From Penicillus capitatus (Eukaryota > Plantae > Chlorophyta), in assembly GCA_965649825.1 (NCBI GenBank), contig OZ287718.1, positions 1-64,000 of the forward strand: a stretch of 64,000 nucleotides of DNA, written 5' to 3'. Of the stretch, positions 63,201-64,000 are shown piece after piece (position 1 is the stretch's first letter; each line of letters starts with the position of its first letter). Position numbers and translations under genes: made by a program. The notes below the pieces were generated by a model, which worked only from the letters and a program-made list of their open reading frames with translations, was not told the DNA's origin and searched no databases.

Positions 63201-64000
63201 AAAGAAAGCCGCCTGCTAGCAATCCTGGTAGTGGATCCTTCAAGGTGCCAGATGGTGTTGATGGTACAGCAGACTGCTGCTCATCGTCTTTCCCCGCATA
63301 TGTGTTTTCTAGGCAGGTCAGATGCTGTATCGCCTGTGGCATCGAGCAGTCCATGTCTACTGTTGGTCACCGAAACGTATCTCCGTCTGTATGCTCCATC
63401 GTCGATCATCGCCTCCACCAGAGCCCCGCTGCACAAGATCTCCTTTCCTGGACGGATTGCATGGGCCCTCCCCGTCACCTATACTTCTCAAGATGCAGAT
63501 GAAGTGGCTGAGAGTGGACTGGTTGTCTTAGCCTACGATGGAACCGTCCATCTGTTTTCCTTGCCAAGTCTCGACATCATCGGAACGGCCAACATTGACG
63601 ACATCGTCCGTTTTCCACTCTTCAAGAAGAAAGAACAGGAAGAAGGCTCCTTAGCACATCTAAAGCTCTTTGAAGGAGACGGGGAAGGAAATTTCTATGT
63701 CTGTGGTCAAAATGGCGAGCTCGTGCATTTCAACTGTTTTGATAGCATCGAGGCATTGACGCCTGTTGGATCTCCTGCTTCCATGACACTGTACGATTGG
63801 GATCTGGCTCACGCTGCTCATGCAGCCTCGCAGCTGACACAGACTGGAGCCATGAATGCCAACGTCTCTATCACCGAAGGCATGTGACCTGCTATCTCTG
63901 ATGCGCTTGTCATGTGTGTTCGTTCAGAGCGGACGACCTCGGCAGCCACTATCCGCAAATCGATGGATTTCTTTGTGACCTTGGGCCGAAGAGCACGAGA
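60203..64000 (+). CDS. Tomosyn/Lethal giant larvae (STXBP5-like) WD40 protein, partial, continues beyond the window
   Basis: [33 protein letters not shown].YGVE matches the Lgl/tomosyn N-terminus. Further WD-like segments include LLATGHTSGDVLTW, LVLGYEDGRMRFW and LVAGDAKGHVLVY. Confidence 0.85.

Overview
This window is nuclear DNA from a compact, intron-rich eukaryotic genome of about 50% GC. Most introns are short (about 45-90 nt) GT-AG introns, and the standard genetic code fits. The gene set points to a green alga (Chlorophyta): stromal processing peptidase, VTE3, organellar GyrA, a PPR protein, IPUT1, DHAR, and TGTAA-type poly(A) signals. A seaweed or ulvophyte identity is only an inference. 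About 22 spliced genes can be reconstructed by hand; most ORF-track entries are exon fragments or antisense shadows. Housekeeping genes are PEX3, a TKL kinase, DUF455, IPUT1, SPP, a DHAR-like GST, AE7/CIA2, an EamA transporter, VTE3, a PPR, GYRA, an F-box/LRR, a WrbA-type quinone reductase and a tomosyn/Lgl-like gene that runs off the right end. The most unusual elements are: (1) two tandem secreted genes built from BPTI/Kunitz domains, a CFxDPC cysteine module and a knottin-like tail, with every domain on its own phase 1-1 exon; (2) a Golgi-type fusion of a truncated exostosin/GT47-like domain with a carbohydrate sulfotransferase; (3) same-strand gene pairs only 10-52 nt apart, which are candidate polycistronic loci; (4) a 1321-aa receptor-like protein with a Venus-flytrap domain, cysteine-rich repeats and multiple TM helices; (5) a recently inserted 782-bp TRIM with complete LTR, PBS, PPT and TSD hallmarks. 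All gene models come from manual reading with no database searches, and some termini are approximate.
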